A stretch of 37,652 nt of DNA from Proteromonas lacertae. Lineage: Eukaryota. The notes under the pieces are model-generated. The model was given only the letters and a program-made list of their open reading frames with translations. It made no database searches and was not told where the DNA came from. The stretch is taken from assembly GCA_002245135.1 (NCBI GenBank), contig NGBS01001237.1:1-37652 (forward strand), written 5' to 3'. The position numbers and the translations under genes were made by a program. Position 1 is the stretch's first letter, and each line of letters opens with the position of its first letter. This document shows, piece after piece, positions 21,269-33,597 of this stretch.

Positions 21269-23298
21269 ATGTCAATAGTAAATACTCAAAGCTCAGTAGA
21301 TTCTAGAGGAAGAAGAGGGGGATTACGTATACTATATTTTTTTCATCATATAGAACCAGGAAAGCAGTACTTATCAACTGAAGGTATAGATGAACTAGCT
21401 TTGGAATATCAAACATCTACTCAAAATAACTGGAGTCAAGAAAGACATCAAACTCTAGAAAAACTACTTCGTAAAGCTAATTCTGAGTTTTATGATCGTT
21501 TATGTAGAATGCAGGATTGTTATAAATTAGCAAAAGAAAGTATGAACATTAGTTTATAATAATCCAATATAGATGGTTTTGAAGAAAAAGCTCATGAACA
21601 TTTTTTAAGACGAGAAGAAGAGATAGAAAGAAATCAGCCTTCAATAATGCTAGAAAAGCCTCCGCCACCGAAACAGAAAGAAAGTCCAAGAAAAGAAAGA
21701 GCTCCATTATGGTCACCTAAACAGTACAATCAATCACCAAATATTAATAATACTCCAACTCCATTATCTACTAGACCAAATACATCACATGTATATAATA
21801 TAATAATTTATAATTTATATATATAGTCTAATAAATATACATCAAGATCTTCGCCAATATCAACTAAAATACAACAAAGACATAGAGTATATTTTTAAAT
21901 ATATATTTTATTGTGTTAGAAATTAATTAATAATAATGTAGTACCACAAAGATTTATTACCAATGAACAACAGAATGCCACTCCAGTAATAATGACTGAT
22001 AATAGTAATAACAAATCGACCAATAATGATACACATTTAGATACAAATACAAATTCAAATGAAGAAAGAAATCAAACAATAACAACATCACCCATCAATG
22101 GTAGAAGAAGAAGAAGTTCAATAATGAAAGTATTAACATCAGATAGTAGTAAAGGAATTACTAAATGGTCAACTACCTTAACATGCTTATTAAATCAACC
22201 AAATCTTTTAAATTCTGTAGAAGCTAATGCTTATATTAATACATATGGTGAAAGATTTATTAAAGATTTAGGTAAGAGAAATACATTAGATATTAATAGT
22301 TGCACAATTACAATTAATGAGTTTATTACTTTTGACGATAAAGGTTTTAAGAATACTGATTTTCAGTTTATTAAAAGAATATTTTTATATGTAAGTAATA
22401 AAAAGAATAATGAAAAATTGACATGGAAACAATTTCAAAAATTAGTGTCAATAATATGGAAGCAATCATTATGTGAAAGAATAAAGTTGATTTTAAACTG
22501 TTTTGATTATAATTATGATGGAATAATAAACAGTACTGATTTATATCAAATAACTAAAACATGTCATAGTAAAGTAATTCAAGATGATTTATTTGTATTA
22601 ACAAATATGTTATCAGATCAAACAACACAAATTAAATATGAAGAGTATAATATATATAATTTATTTTAAATATAGTTTATATAATTACTACAAGAATAAT
22701 CCATCATCAGTTATTGTTGCTTTACAAAGACATACTATGCCAAATTTCGTATCATCTGAATATCAATCTGTAATGGATGATCCAATGGTATTTTGTCATC
22801 ATTTACATCAGAATGAAGCTATTAATATTGTCAACCATTTTCTTGATACAACAGGTTATATTAATACAAGAGATTTTATGTCTTATTTAGAAACATATTC
22901 TATAGGTCAATCGAGAAAGTTTAGGGAAAAATTAGCTCATTCAATTGAAGATAATGCTGGGTGTGTTAATTTATATTTCTTTTTGTTATTCTTTATTACT
23001 ACTTTAAGGATTTCATATGAAGATAAAATATATTTATTATTTAATGTAATGGATAATGATAGTGATAATTTATTACAGTATATTTTATATCATTTTTATA
23101 AATAGTCAATTGGAAATTGTATTTTTGATGGAATTGCTAAATCCAAGATTACAAGGAAGTAATACATTCAAAGAATTGTATTTGAAATTAGCTGAGAAAG
23201 TTCAAATACAACCGACAGATGTGATACCTTTATCATCATTTCTAGAGATACTACAAACTCCAGAATATTCAGAAAAATTCAATTTAACTCATTTATAA
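21269..23298 (+). CDS. Multi-exon EF-hand protein (two calcineurin-B/recoverin-like modules) with long N-terminal extension
   Basis: ERIKLILNCFDYNYDGIINSTDL and EDKIYLLFNVMDNDSDNLL EF-hand loops. ORFs 21254-23298 are linked by short GT..AG introns. Confidence 0.75.
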
Positions 23299-23461
23299 TT
23301 TATTTTGTGTGTTTCTTAAAATTATATATAAAAAACAATTAGTTATATAGAAGCATAATTTTAGATACATTTTTAAATATGTCTTATTAAATGTAAGGTG
23401 TTAATGTTTATATACAAATCATGATGTATGTTTCATATACATTATGCTTACATTTAATAGA

Positions 23462-24187
23462 TTAGTCTTCATTTGATGATTCCATATTATCTTCATTTAT
23501 TGTATTTGTAACTGGTTCTTCATCACTTTCTTTCTTATTTTCTTTGTTACTTTTTTTTGTTTTATTTTTTTTGGGAAGTGAAACATTATTTATACCTTTT
23601 TTTTTATGGTCTGTAGAAATGTTTTCTTGATAATTGATTTTATTATCCTTATTTGATTCTTCTAAGAGGTGTATCTCTATATTGGGCCCTATTAGTTTAG
23701 AATGTTTATATCTATAGCAATATAAAAATGAAAACAATGCAACATAAACTGTTGTTACTAAAACAATCATTACTATAGCCCAAACTGGAAATGGCTTTAT
23801 TTTATATGTTTCATATACTATTGTCACTTTTCCATTAGTTACTCCACAACTATAATATTTTGGATTTTTAATATTTGAATAACCATACAGTCCCTTATTT
23901 ATTACATTACCTCCACATACAACACTATCACCCTTTTCATGATTATCCAAAAAGCTATCTGCCATTATTTTTTCTTCTGACACTAAACAAACAACTCTCA
24001 AGTCATTTGCCATTATATCAGATACACATGAGTCCCAGTTGTTATAAGTTACTTTACCAGATATTTTATACAATATTTCGTAAGAAAAACCTAGCTTAGT
24101 GATTTTATCCACATTGAATTTCAACTTTATGTTATTTGGAAAAACAAATTCTAACAATAAAAACAGAATAATAAATCTATAATGCAT
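23462..24187 (-). CDS. Type I surface membrane protein, tandem family member 1 (long charged tail)
   Basis: Likely start MHYRFII at 24187 by analogy to paralogues; signal peptide, YYSCGVTNG, FPVWAIV TM; intronless. Confidence 0.85.
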   Translation of the reverse strand: MHYRFIILFLLLEFVFPNNIKLKFNVDKITKLGFSYEILYKISGKVTYNNWDSCVSDIMANDLRVVCLVSEEKIMADSFLDNHEKGDSVVCGGNVINKGLYGYSNIKNPKYYSCGVTNGKVTIVYETYKIKPFPVWAIVMIVLVTTVYVALFSFLYCYRYKHSKLIGPNIEIHLLEESNKDNKINYQENISTDHKKKGINNVSLPKKNKTKKSNKENKKESDEEPVTNTINEDNMESSNED

Positions 24188-24419
24188 GAAGCTTATATGC
24201 TGTCTTATATAATAAATTAAGCAAATCTGTAAAACGTGACATGAAGTCAAACCTTACCAAGCTTTAAAAAACTTAAAAAATATTTTGAAGTTATGTAAAT
24301 CATGCTATAATTTCAAACAATATCTATAACAAACAGTCATATATTTTTAAAATGTTATATTAGATGCTTAAAGATCGAACTAAATACATCTGTTAAATGA
24401 TTATTTCCAAAATTAAGTG

Positions 24420-24899
24420 TTATAACAAAGGCGTATAAATTTCTTTAGTAGTTTTAGGATGTTTCTTTTTGCAATATAAAAATAATAATCCTCCTACTAA
24501 CAGTATACTTCCTACAACAATCAATACAATTGCCCAAACTGGAAATGAATCTACTTCATAAGTGTCACATCTGTATATATCACTTCCGCTATTCATTAAA
24601 CAACAACTAAAATAGTTAGCTTTACTAGTAATATATATATTATTTGCATCTAATTCGTTACCATTATGTTCAGCAATATCTGCAAAGTTATTAAAAAACT
24701 TAAAATCATCTTCACATAAGATATCCTCAGATAATAGGCATATTAAAAACCTTTCATTTTCCCACATACCTGAATATGTTATATAACCTGATATGCTGTA
24801 CTTATCATCACCTTTACTGGAAATTTTCAGTTTTTTAGCTATTATTTTTGCATTAACGTAAGCAAGTAGAAGGAATATAGATAACAAATTAAAGCTCAT
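24420..24899 (-). CDS. Type I surface membrane protein, family member 2
   Basis: Start MSFNLL at 24899; YSISGYITY, FPVWAIVLIVVG TM, tail YCKKKHPK..TPLL. Confidence 0.85.
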   Translation of the reverse strand: MSFNLLSIFLLLAYVNAKIIAKKLKISSKGDDKYSISGYITYSGMWENERFLICLLSEDILCEDDFKFFNNFADIAEHNGNELDANNIYITSKANYFSCCLMNSGSDIYRCDTYEVDSFPVWAIVLIVVGSILLVGGLLFLYCKKKHPKTTKEIYTPLL

Positions 24900-24930
24900 G
24901 AATATTATCTGTATTTTATAAATGAAAAAA

Positions 24931-24958
24931 TGTAAAACGTGACTCAAACCTATCAAGC
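24931..24958 (-). promoter_or_regulatory. Conserved upstream motif of the surface-gene family, GCTTGA-N4-5-GTTTGAGTCACGTTTTACA (also 24228-24263, 25658-25687, 26383-26412; partial 27165-27179)
   Basis: Recurs 21-41 nt upstream of the ATG in genes 1-4 while other intergenic DNA differs; contains TGAGTCA and ACGT cores. Confidence 0.7.
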
Positions 24959-25055
24959 CTTATGATATTTTTCAAATACTTTATAAATTCATACACAAAT
25001 TCATTAAATTAAAATAAAACTTTTCAATCATTATTTTCAAGATTACTTCTAAGTG

Positions 25056-25637
25056 TTATAACAGAGGTGTAGTAATTGATTCAACAGATTTAGGATGTCT
25101 CTTTTTGCAATATAAAAAAAATAATCCTCCTACTAACAGTATACTTCCTACAACAATCAATACAATTGCCCAAACTGGAAATGATTTTTCTTCTTTATAA
25201 TAATGATCCTCATAGGAATAGATAACATAAGAATATAGATCTGTACCATCAGTTACACCGAAGCCGAAAAATTCCGGTTCAACAAGTTCAATATGTCTAT
25301 TTTCATTGACTTTAGTTCCTTTACATAACACTGTATCTCCAGTTCTATATTCATTCAGAAACTCATTTTGACTTATAAGATCGTCACTTAAAATGGACAC
25401 TAACCGTAACTTCTTATATTTTACATCTTGTGAACAAGAACTCCATCCAGAATATCTTATATTAGCTTTAATATTATATATGCAGCCATCTTTTGTGATT
25501 TCTTTAAGCTTAATAACTAAATCTTGCGGTATGATTTCAATTCCATTGTTTAATGATAAATTAAAATTAGTGTGAAATGATTCAAGTTTATAAGCAATAG
25601 CAACAGATAACAACAAAACCAATAACTTAAAATGCAT
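25056..25637 (-). CDS. Type I surface membrane protein, family member 3 (mosaic)
   Basis: MHFKLL signal, FFGFGVTDG, TM nearly identical to member 2, tail TPLL. Confidence 0.88.
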   Translation of the reverse strand: MHFKLLVLLLSVAIAYKLESFHTNFNLSLNNGIEIIPQDLVIKLKEITKDGCIYNIKANIRYSGWSSCSQDVKYKKLRLVSILSDDLISQNEFLNEYRTGDTVLCKGTKVNENRHIELVEPEFFGFGVTDGTDLYSYVIYSYEDHYYKEEKSFPVWAIVLIVVGSILLVGGLFFLYCKKRHPKSVESITTPLL

Positions 25638-25819
25638 TTTATTGGTTTATCTGAAAATGTAAAACTTGACTCAAACATATTCAAGCTTTTTATTAAAATA
25701 ATTTTAAATTTTCATTAATAACTATGTGTATTTATAAATCAATATTAATGCTAACATAATAACTGAGCAATAGAAATTTAATATCATAAAATCATTACTT
25801 AATTAGTCTAAAGATGATT

Positions 25820-26362
25820 TCACATAAGCGGTGTAGCTATTGTCATTGCTGGTTTTGGATGCTTACGCCTGTAGTAAAAATAAAATCCGCAACATCCTGC
25901 ACAACAGCAAATAATAATAATTACTATTAACACAATAAGCCATACTGCAATTCCTCCAATTGAATAAATAACATATGCATACACTTCATCACCGTCAGTT
26001 AAGCCACATCCAGCATACTCTACGTCATCTATACCGTCTTCAAATGTAAAACTTATTTTATTACCTGAACATTGTACTTTTTCACCATATTCAATGAGAT
26101 ATGCAAAAGCATCAGTAGCTACTTCTTCTCCAAATGGAAGACAAACAACATATAGATTCTTTGCTAATGTTTCGCATAGTTCTCTATCTGAATAAGTTAC
26201 TGATGCAGAAAGAGTAAAACCATTGTCACCATAAGGAGTTATTTTAATATCTGCATCAATTCCCAAACCGTCTCCGTTTGTGTTGTTATAGTTCTTATAT
26301 GCTTTTTCTACTTTATAAGCAGAAGCAACTAATAAGAACAAAGCTAATAACTTAAAATGCAT
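25820..26362 (-). CDS. Type I surface membrane protein, family member 4
   Basis: MHFKLL signal, YAGCGLTDG, Cys-rich TM end (ICCCAGCCG), tail RRKHPK..TPLM. Confidence 0.88.
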   Translation of the reverse strand: MHFKLLALFLLVASAYKVEKAYKNYNNTNGDGLGIDADIKITPYGDNGFTLSASVTYSDRELCETLAKNLYVVCLPFGEEVATDAFAYLIEYGEKVQCSGNKISFTFEDGIDDVEYAGCGLTDGDEVYAYVIYSIGGIAVWLIVLIVIIIICCCAGCCGFYFYYRRKHPKPAMTIATPLM

Positions 26363-26584
26363 TTTATTGGTTTATGTGAAAATGTAAAACGTGACTCAAA
26401 CATATTCAAGCTGTTAGAAATAAAATTTCTATTTTCTATTTTACAATGAATTCACAATATATCATTCTTATTTTTTAGAATACATTCATCTAATAAATTT
26501 TTATGTAAATCCTTCTAATTAACAAACATGTATAGTATTACTCAATATTATTAAATTCTGAGTGTAATGTTAATTAAACAACAT

Positions 26585-27103
26585 TTATTTTTTGTACCTA
26601 CAGTATCCAACACATCCGCAAATACATAATACTAAAACTACACCAACTACAATTAACGCAATAGCATATGCTGGAAACATTACAATAGAGTCAATTTTAT
26701 AATGTAATATTGATTTACCATCAGTTACTCCGCAACCATAATATGTAGGAGTATCAGTATTATAAACCCACACATTGCTAATGTCGTTTCCATTACAATT
26801 AATACGAAGGCCTATATCATACATTGAAAAAAAATCATTAACAGTCAATTCTTTATCTTTTACTACACAAACTAATTTTAATGGGAGAAATGCAGTGTCT
26901 TCATAGCATCCTGCCCAGTTTGGATAGTTGACAAAACCAGATATTGTATACTTTTTGTCACTTACTTCAGACACTACAATGTTATTCATATTTACATCAA
27001 TAACAAAGTCATCAGCATTTGTTGCGTTAACAGTTCTTAAATGTTTCTTTTCAGCGCAAACTGAAGTAATAATCAACAGTAAAGCTAATAATTTATAATG
27101 CAT
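26585..27103 (-). CDS. Type I surface membrane protein, family member 5 (minimal tail)
   Basis: MHYKLL signal, YYGCGVTDG, FPAYAIALIVVG TM, tail CRYKK*. Confidence 0.88.
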   Translation of the reverse strand: MHYKLLALLLIITSVCAEKKHLRTVNATNADDFVIDVNMNNIVVSEVSDKKYTISGFVNYPNWAGCYEDTAFLPLKLVCVVKDKELTVNDFFSMYDIGLRINCNGNDISNVWVYNTDTPTYYGCGVTDGKSILHYKIDSIVMFPAYAIALIVVGVVLVLCICGCVGYCRYKK

Positions 27104-27579
27104 AGATTTATTTAAGATTCTGAAATGTTATTGGCTAATAACTTAACGTTTTGTGTACACAACTTCAAACTAATCAAGCCGTGCTCCAATTTTTGAACAA
27201 CATCATCTTTATATGTATATCAAATGCTTTAATATAATAATATAATATTATAAAACATATACAAAGAAGTATTCACAATCACACAGGATTAGAATCTGAT
27301 TTAACTTCTTAAAATAGCTGTATGCAGAAATTTAATTCAATCTATGATCTTATTTGCGGATATGTTCCTTAATATCCTCATTGATTACCCTTAATTAATT
27401 CGTTTATACGTTTAGATAACCTTTGTTTATAACATATAATTTCATATATACAACAGTAATGCTGTTTATTTTAGCTTTCAGGCTTAAAATTTACTAATCT
27501 CATAATAAAGTCAACCTATTCAGAATATACAATTAATATTAAAAATGTAGAATAAAAACAGGTTATTTAATTAAATAAA

Positions 27580-28698
27580 TCACACTATAGAAGAATCATC
27601 TAATAAATTTGTTGTTTGAGAATATGAATTTCTCTCATTATTCTCCTGACGACGTTCACTACGATGATTACTTTGACTATTATTATTATTATTATTGGTA
27701 GTTCTAGGGTTGGTAGTCAGTACATTTCTCTTACACACTGGACATTCACCTACACTTCTTATTAACCAAGGATCTACACAATCAGGGTGGAATATATGAT
27801 GACAAGGTAATCTCTTAACTTCACAATTCTCTTGAAATTGTTCTAAACATATAGCACAAGTATCTTGATTTAATTCTTGAGATCTATTAATAATAATAAT
27901 AGATAATAATAAAATATATACTCAGTATGATATCTTAACAATGGTTGAGCAACTACTTGATGTCTATAATAATATCTTCTTCCATATTTCCAAACAGCAG
28001 CAGCACAGTAATATGTTAATAACACTGATAATAACACTAATCCTAATGTATATGCTATTTGGAATAATAATGGCATTTCGAATGTTCCATCTATTTTATT
28101 ATTATTATTATTATTACTTATATATATATATATTATATACATGAACCATCTTTATCAATAATTAATCTACATTCAGATTGATTGTATTTCAGTAACTTTA
28201 AAATTTTTAAAGTATCATGTTGTGTTGTAATAATTGGAATATCTTTGAAATCTTGACTTAAATCCATGAATAATATATTATTATCTGTATTAACTATAAC
28301 TACTGCTGATGCATTCGATTTTTTTGCCTATTTAATATAATATATATATATAACAATACATTCTTTATTTTATCAGTAAATGTGCAGTTTCCTCTCAGTA
28401 TAACAAAAACTAATTTATCTTCTTTTAATAAACCTGGGTATGTTATATTGCACATATGTATATCTTCTGGAATATATAGTGTTCCATTTATATCTATTCA
28501 ATTACAAGTCGAACCATACCTTCTTTACTCCCATAATTTTGAACAAAATGATAGAATGTTATTGTGCTATCTTCAGGATCAGCAGGAACTACTAATTTCA
28601 AAGAATGTGAAAAGGGAAGTATAATGCATATAATTAATATTACTATAGACATTTTATATTTTAATAAAGCGATTAATACTATGAAAAGATGAATGCAT
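27580..28698 (-). CDS. PA-TM-RING-H2 E3 ubiquitin ligase (RNF13/RMR-like), multi-exon
   Basis: Signal peptide; PA motifs VILRGNCTFTDKIK and SAVVIVN; TM; CAICLEQF..RLPCHHIFHPDCVDPWL...CPVCK; TGA ending at 27580. Confidence 0.88.
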
Positions 28699-29035
28699 GC
28701 TTTACACGATGAAAAAGAAAAAACACGAACTAAAAACTATCCGTTTCTCTATTTTGTTTTATAGAGTTTTTCTCTATTATTGGATGTTTTCAAGGTTAGC
28801 TGATTAAAGTTGTATTGTTATATTTAACAATATCTCAAGATAGAAGGGTTTATAAAGAGTCAATACAAAATCTGTGACAAAATAGCAGAAGATTTAAATA
28901 TATTGAGGAATTACGGATGTAAAATAGAAATAGAAATAAATAGACAATTAATGCCTGAAAATTTAGAGAATTCATGTTGAGAAAACTTCGTTCTTCGCTA
29001 GTTGATAATATTTCAATAACAGAATATATTTTCAA

Positions 29036-30690
29036 ATGGCAGAATATGTATCTCAAGACAATTTATCTAACAGTATCTCAACTACTTCTGTAGAAGACCC
29101 TTCCCTCTCAGGTAATTAAATCTAATTAATCTGATATATTTGATATAGTACCAGTAGGACAGATTTCTTCTCCTCCATCACTTCATTCCTCTCAGCACTT
29201 ACCAACTGCAACCACAACAACAACTACAACAGAAATGAATATTCCTCCACCAATTAACACTTCACAAAGAATATTTCCACCACCACAAACAACAACAGCA
29301 ACAACAGGAGGTAGTGTTCCTACTACTACAACTACAGTAGTCACAACGACAAATACACAATCACCTCCACCACCACCACCACCAGTTGTAGTTCCTACAG
29401 CAACAATAACCTCTACACAACCACCCCAAACAACTGTTCGATGTGATGCTTTATTTGTAGATAAGAAAGGAGGATATAATGTTATTAATTTAAAGAATGT
29501 TACAAAGCCTGTACCTCGTATATATATATATATATTATAATTATAATTTTATATTTTATTTGTTGTAGAGGATGGAGAAGTGATAGTTAGAGTTGTAGCA
29601 TGGTATTATATAATATTAATAATATTATGAATAGTGGTTTAAATTTTGATGATTTAATAGCACGTCAAGGTTTATCCAATGATTTCCCTAAACCTCCATT
29701 TATAATGGGTTTTGAATGTAGTGGTTATATAGATCAAATAGGAAGAGGAGTTGATAACTTCGTTATTGGAGACAGAGTGTTATGTTTTCATAATTTAGGA
29801 TGTGGTACAAAATATCTAAAAATATCCTCAAGATATGTATATCATATTCCTGAACAAATGAATCTACAAGAAGCAGCTGCATTTCCTATTAATTATATTA
29901 CTGCATATATATTATTATTTCATCATGCTCATGTGAAAGAAGGAGATATGATATTGATTGAAATGGCTTCAGGTGGAGTAGGAATTGCATTAACCCAAGT
30001 ATTCTTTATTCTTTATATATATTTTTATAATAGTTATGTAAATCAATAAAAGATGTTACTGTAATAGGTACAGGTAGTAGCAGTAAGCACGAAACAATGA
30101 AAAGACATGGTTGTGATTATTGTATTGATTCATTAACACAGAATATTACTAAAGAAGTATTAAGAATAACAGATGGAAGAGGTGTTGATGTAATATTCAA
30201 TCCATTAGGTGGAAAATCTATTGAAGAATGTTATAGTATTTGATTATCTATTTTTATTATGATTATAGAGATAATATTACCATTAGGAAAGTTGATATTA
30301 TTTGGTGAAGCAAATAAATTGAAAGGTGAAAAGAAAGGTATGAAATCGTTAGGTGGTGAAAAATCAGTTAAATATACTGATTTGATGAAACATAATACCA
30401 CAATTACTGGATTTGATTTATATCCTTTATTAGAAGAAAGTCAAATATTTCCACCTATTATAGAAGCTTTATTTACTATGTATCAAGATGGTATTATCAA
30501 GTATTCTTAATTCTATTTAATTCATAAATATAGACCAAGGATTGATTGTGCATTTCATGTTAGTAGAACTGGAGATGCTGAAAGATACCTTACTGAAAGA
30601 AGAAATATAGGGAAAGTTATACTTGTTTGGGATAATGATGATTTAGTTATGAGATCAACTGATTTAGAAGCTGCAATTAATTCTAACTAA
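29036..30690 (+). CDS. VAT-1-like NADPH:quinone oxidoreductase (MDR superfamily) with Pro/Thr-rich N-terminal extension, multi-exon
   Basis: GLNFDDLIARQG, PFIMGFECSG, EAAAFPINYITAY, ASGGVG, GRGVDVIF and RRNIGKVIL motifs; TAA 30688-30690. Confidence 0.88.
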
Positions 30691-30838
30691 CTTATACTTT
30701 ACTATTTTTACTATTTCCTGTTTTTATAAGGATTATAATGATGAAAGAACATAATACAGTTTAATACATTGAAAAAGACAGTTGTACATTTTTCAATTCA
30801 AACATCTTTTTCTTTTTATATAATGCTGAATTTATAAT

Positions 30839-32284
30839 ATGCATATAATAATTCTTTGTGTTATACTATTTTCAATAGCTTTGGGTATTTATTATCTTGT
30901 TATTTTGTTTAGGCTCTGATGCTTCACTGTCTATCAAGAAAGTATGTAAATATACTATCCAAAATATGACAGTGAAACTAGCTTCAGGGTTAATATTGAA
31001 TAATGATAGAGATTATCACATAATACTTGGTTGTCCATCTTGTCACTCTGCAGGCATGTTGATGACTTTAAATACAAACAGTAATTTCTGTCCAATTGAA
31101 GATCCAAACATAATATCTACAGATGGTTTCTATCCAGTTAATAAATACCCTAAGCCAGATTTTGGTTCATCCATTTCTGCTGTCAACAACACAGGGTCAT
31201 TATACGTAAGTGCACCAGGAGCAGATGGAGAAGATTCAAATGGAGGAGTGTATAAAATAGGATTAAGTGAAAATGGAAAGGCAAATGAATATTCATTCTA
31301 TCCATTCCTGAATCACCGAGAATTATGTCAATGCAATTTCACAGCATTTGGCCAACAAACAATAGTATTTACCACACTAATAAAAGGTAAAACCATCATC
31401 GGAGTAACAAACAGTCAATCAATACTACTACCAACTGTAATAATATCATTTTTCGTCCTATAACAATGAATATAGAAACTATACAAAAAAGAAGAAAAAG
31501 TATTCAGGAAGTCCACAGAAATGTATAAGTATTTATCCTCCTTCTAAATATTGTAAGTTAACCAAAACACCATTATCACTATCCAATTTAGGAGGTAATA
31601 CAACTATTAGATATTTCGCATTAGGTTGTCCTACAGATAATACAGAAGGTTATGTGTTATTTTATTCCATTACTTCTGATCTGAATGTTAGTCTTATTTA
31701 TGTATATCAAGGACCAGCATTAATGCCATCATTTGGTTATTATATGACAGGAGTTCAGAATAATTTTAATGATACAATGTATAATGAATCATTTCCGAAT
31801 TTGTATGTTTCTGCGGTTGATACTACAGGTCAATCATGTATATATATATATATTAATTATTATATATAGATATTTATGGTTTATATTTTAATAAGACTCA
31901 CGTTACAAGATTCATTGAGTTGTTGCAGTTGAATAATAGCGATGATGGTGCAATATTGTCGCATTATCTTGTGAATAAAACTAATATTTATTTGTTGTTA
32001 GGCTCTTCTAATCAAGTGTCGATATATTTATTGAAAATGGAATGTATATATTATTATTATGAATATATATATGTTTGTATAGATGATGAAAGTGTATCAT
32101 ATGTAATTTTAGGAATAACCATTGGATGTATGTTTTATTCATTGATATTTTTTGCATCAATGTTGCTGGTGCAATTTAAGAAGAGTAAAGTTGTATCAAT
32201 GCCAAAAACATCTGCATCATTTGTATTTTTACTTATTTTATTATGTTGTAGTTGATTAGTGAAGAACATGATTATATAGATTGA
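30839..32284 (+). CDS. FG-GAP (integrin-alpha-like) repeat type I membrane protein, multi-exon
   Basis: Signal MHIIILCVILFSIALG; FGSSISAV..LYVSAPG..GGVY, FALGCP..GYV, FGYYM..LYVSA; C-terminal TM VILGITIGCMFYSLIFFASMLLV. Confidence 0.7.
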
Positions 32285-32416
32285 CATTTTTGTATTTGAT
32301 TTATTTATTATTTGAAAATTTGTTTTTTTTTCATTTTAAAATTGAAAAGTCAGCTGACTAGATCGTCATATAGTTTGAGGCTCGAGTTCATTTTTTAGAT
32401 AATAAACTTTATTCAC

Positions 32417-33374
32417 ATGAAAGAGAACTCAAATGCTTTTGTTTTGAGTATTTTATTAATAAATATTTTATATTAGACACCAAGTCGATAGTTATTTTGT
32501 TAGTTGTAGTTAATTATGTCTTTTCACTTACTGTTAAAGATAGCACTTCCAGTTCTGATGAATTTAAACATACCACTCAGGATATTGGCATTTTAGAGAG
32601 TATTTATCTCGATTTTATCTTAGATTTTTCTGGACTACTTTATAGTCCAACTGATCAAACAGGATGTAGCTATGATACTACTTCAAAAAATATCCCCAAC
32701 GAATCATTTGTTTTATTTGTTATTAAAGGAAATTGTAGTATAATGGATGTTATATCATATGTATTTATATAAAATATTACGATATTATATAGACAGAAAG
32801 AAATCAATGCAGTAGGATTGATAGTAGCTAATAATATACCTCAAACAACTCTAAATCTTGCTCTTCCTAACAAATCAAGAGATAGAATAGTAATACCTGT
32901 AGTAACAATAAGAAAGGAGATATATGACTCAATAAAAAAGAAAAGTGATCCAGTTTATGTAGAAGTTAATAATGAAGAGGAGGAAGGCGATGATAAAATA
33001 TCCTATGCTCCATTTTTAGTATTGGGATTATGTGTAATGTGTACATTTTTATTCTTAGTGATTATTTATTATTCATATAATTATGGAATTGAGTATATAA
33101 GGACGAGATTAAGAAAAAGAAATATTCGTTTAGATAAGACTAAATATAGTATAGATGACTCAACGTATAAGCAAGAGGTATGTGCAATCTGTTTAGAACA
33201 ATTTGAAAATGATAGTTGTTTTAAGTGTATATATAATAATCTTATAATGATTAATAGGTATTACCTTGTAAACATTTATTATCATCATAAATGTATTAAC
33301 GAATGGAATTGAACAATTCTCATTTTAACTGTCCAATGTGTAAAACAACATTATTCCATGACAATGCTGAATGA
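32417..33374 (+). CDS. Second PA-TM-RING-H2 E3 ligase; last exon has three single-base insertions
   Basis: IKGNCS and GLIVANN PA motifs, TM, CAICLEQF. VLPCKHYYHHKCINEWIEQSHFNCPMCK is recovered only after removing three extra bases. Confidence 0.8.
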
Positions 33375-33597
33375 AAATGTTTAAATCGTGTTGATTTACA
33401 ATTGTATATAATAATAATAGCTATTGTACAAAGATATATAACCAATTTAATTGAAATTAATACTACATGTTTTATTTATGTGATGTTTTTGGTTTGGAGT
33501 TGTAATTAAAATATGATGATAAATGTACTTTTATATAATAAATTAATTTTCAAATTATATTTTACAATATCAAAATATTATATAATCCTATATCAAA

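Noticed and set aside
27180..27560. Possible ncRNA or sixth surface-gene remnant in the spacer
   Set aside because: No tRNA/snoRNA hallmarks, stable stems or family motifs recognised.
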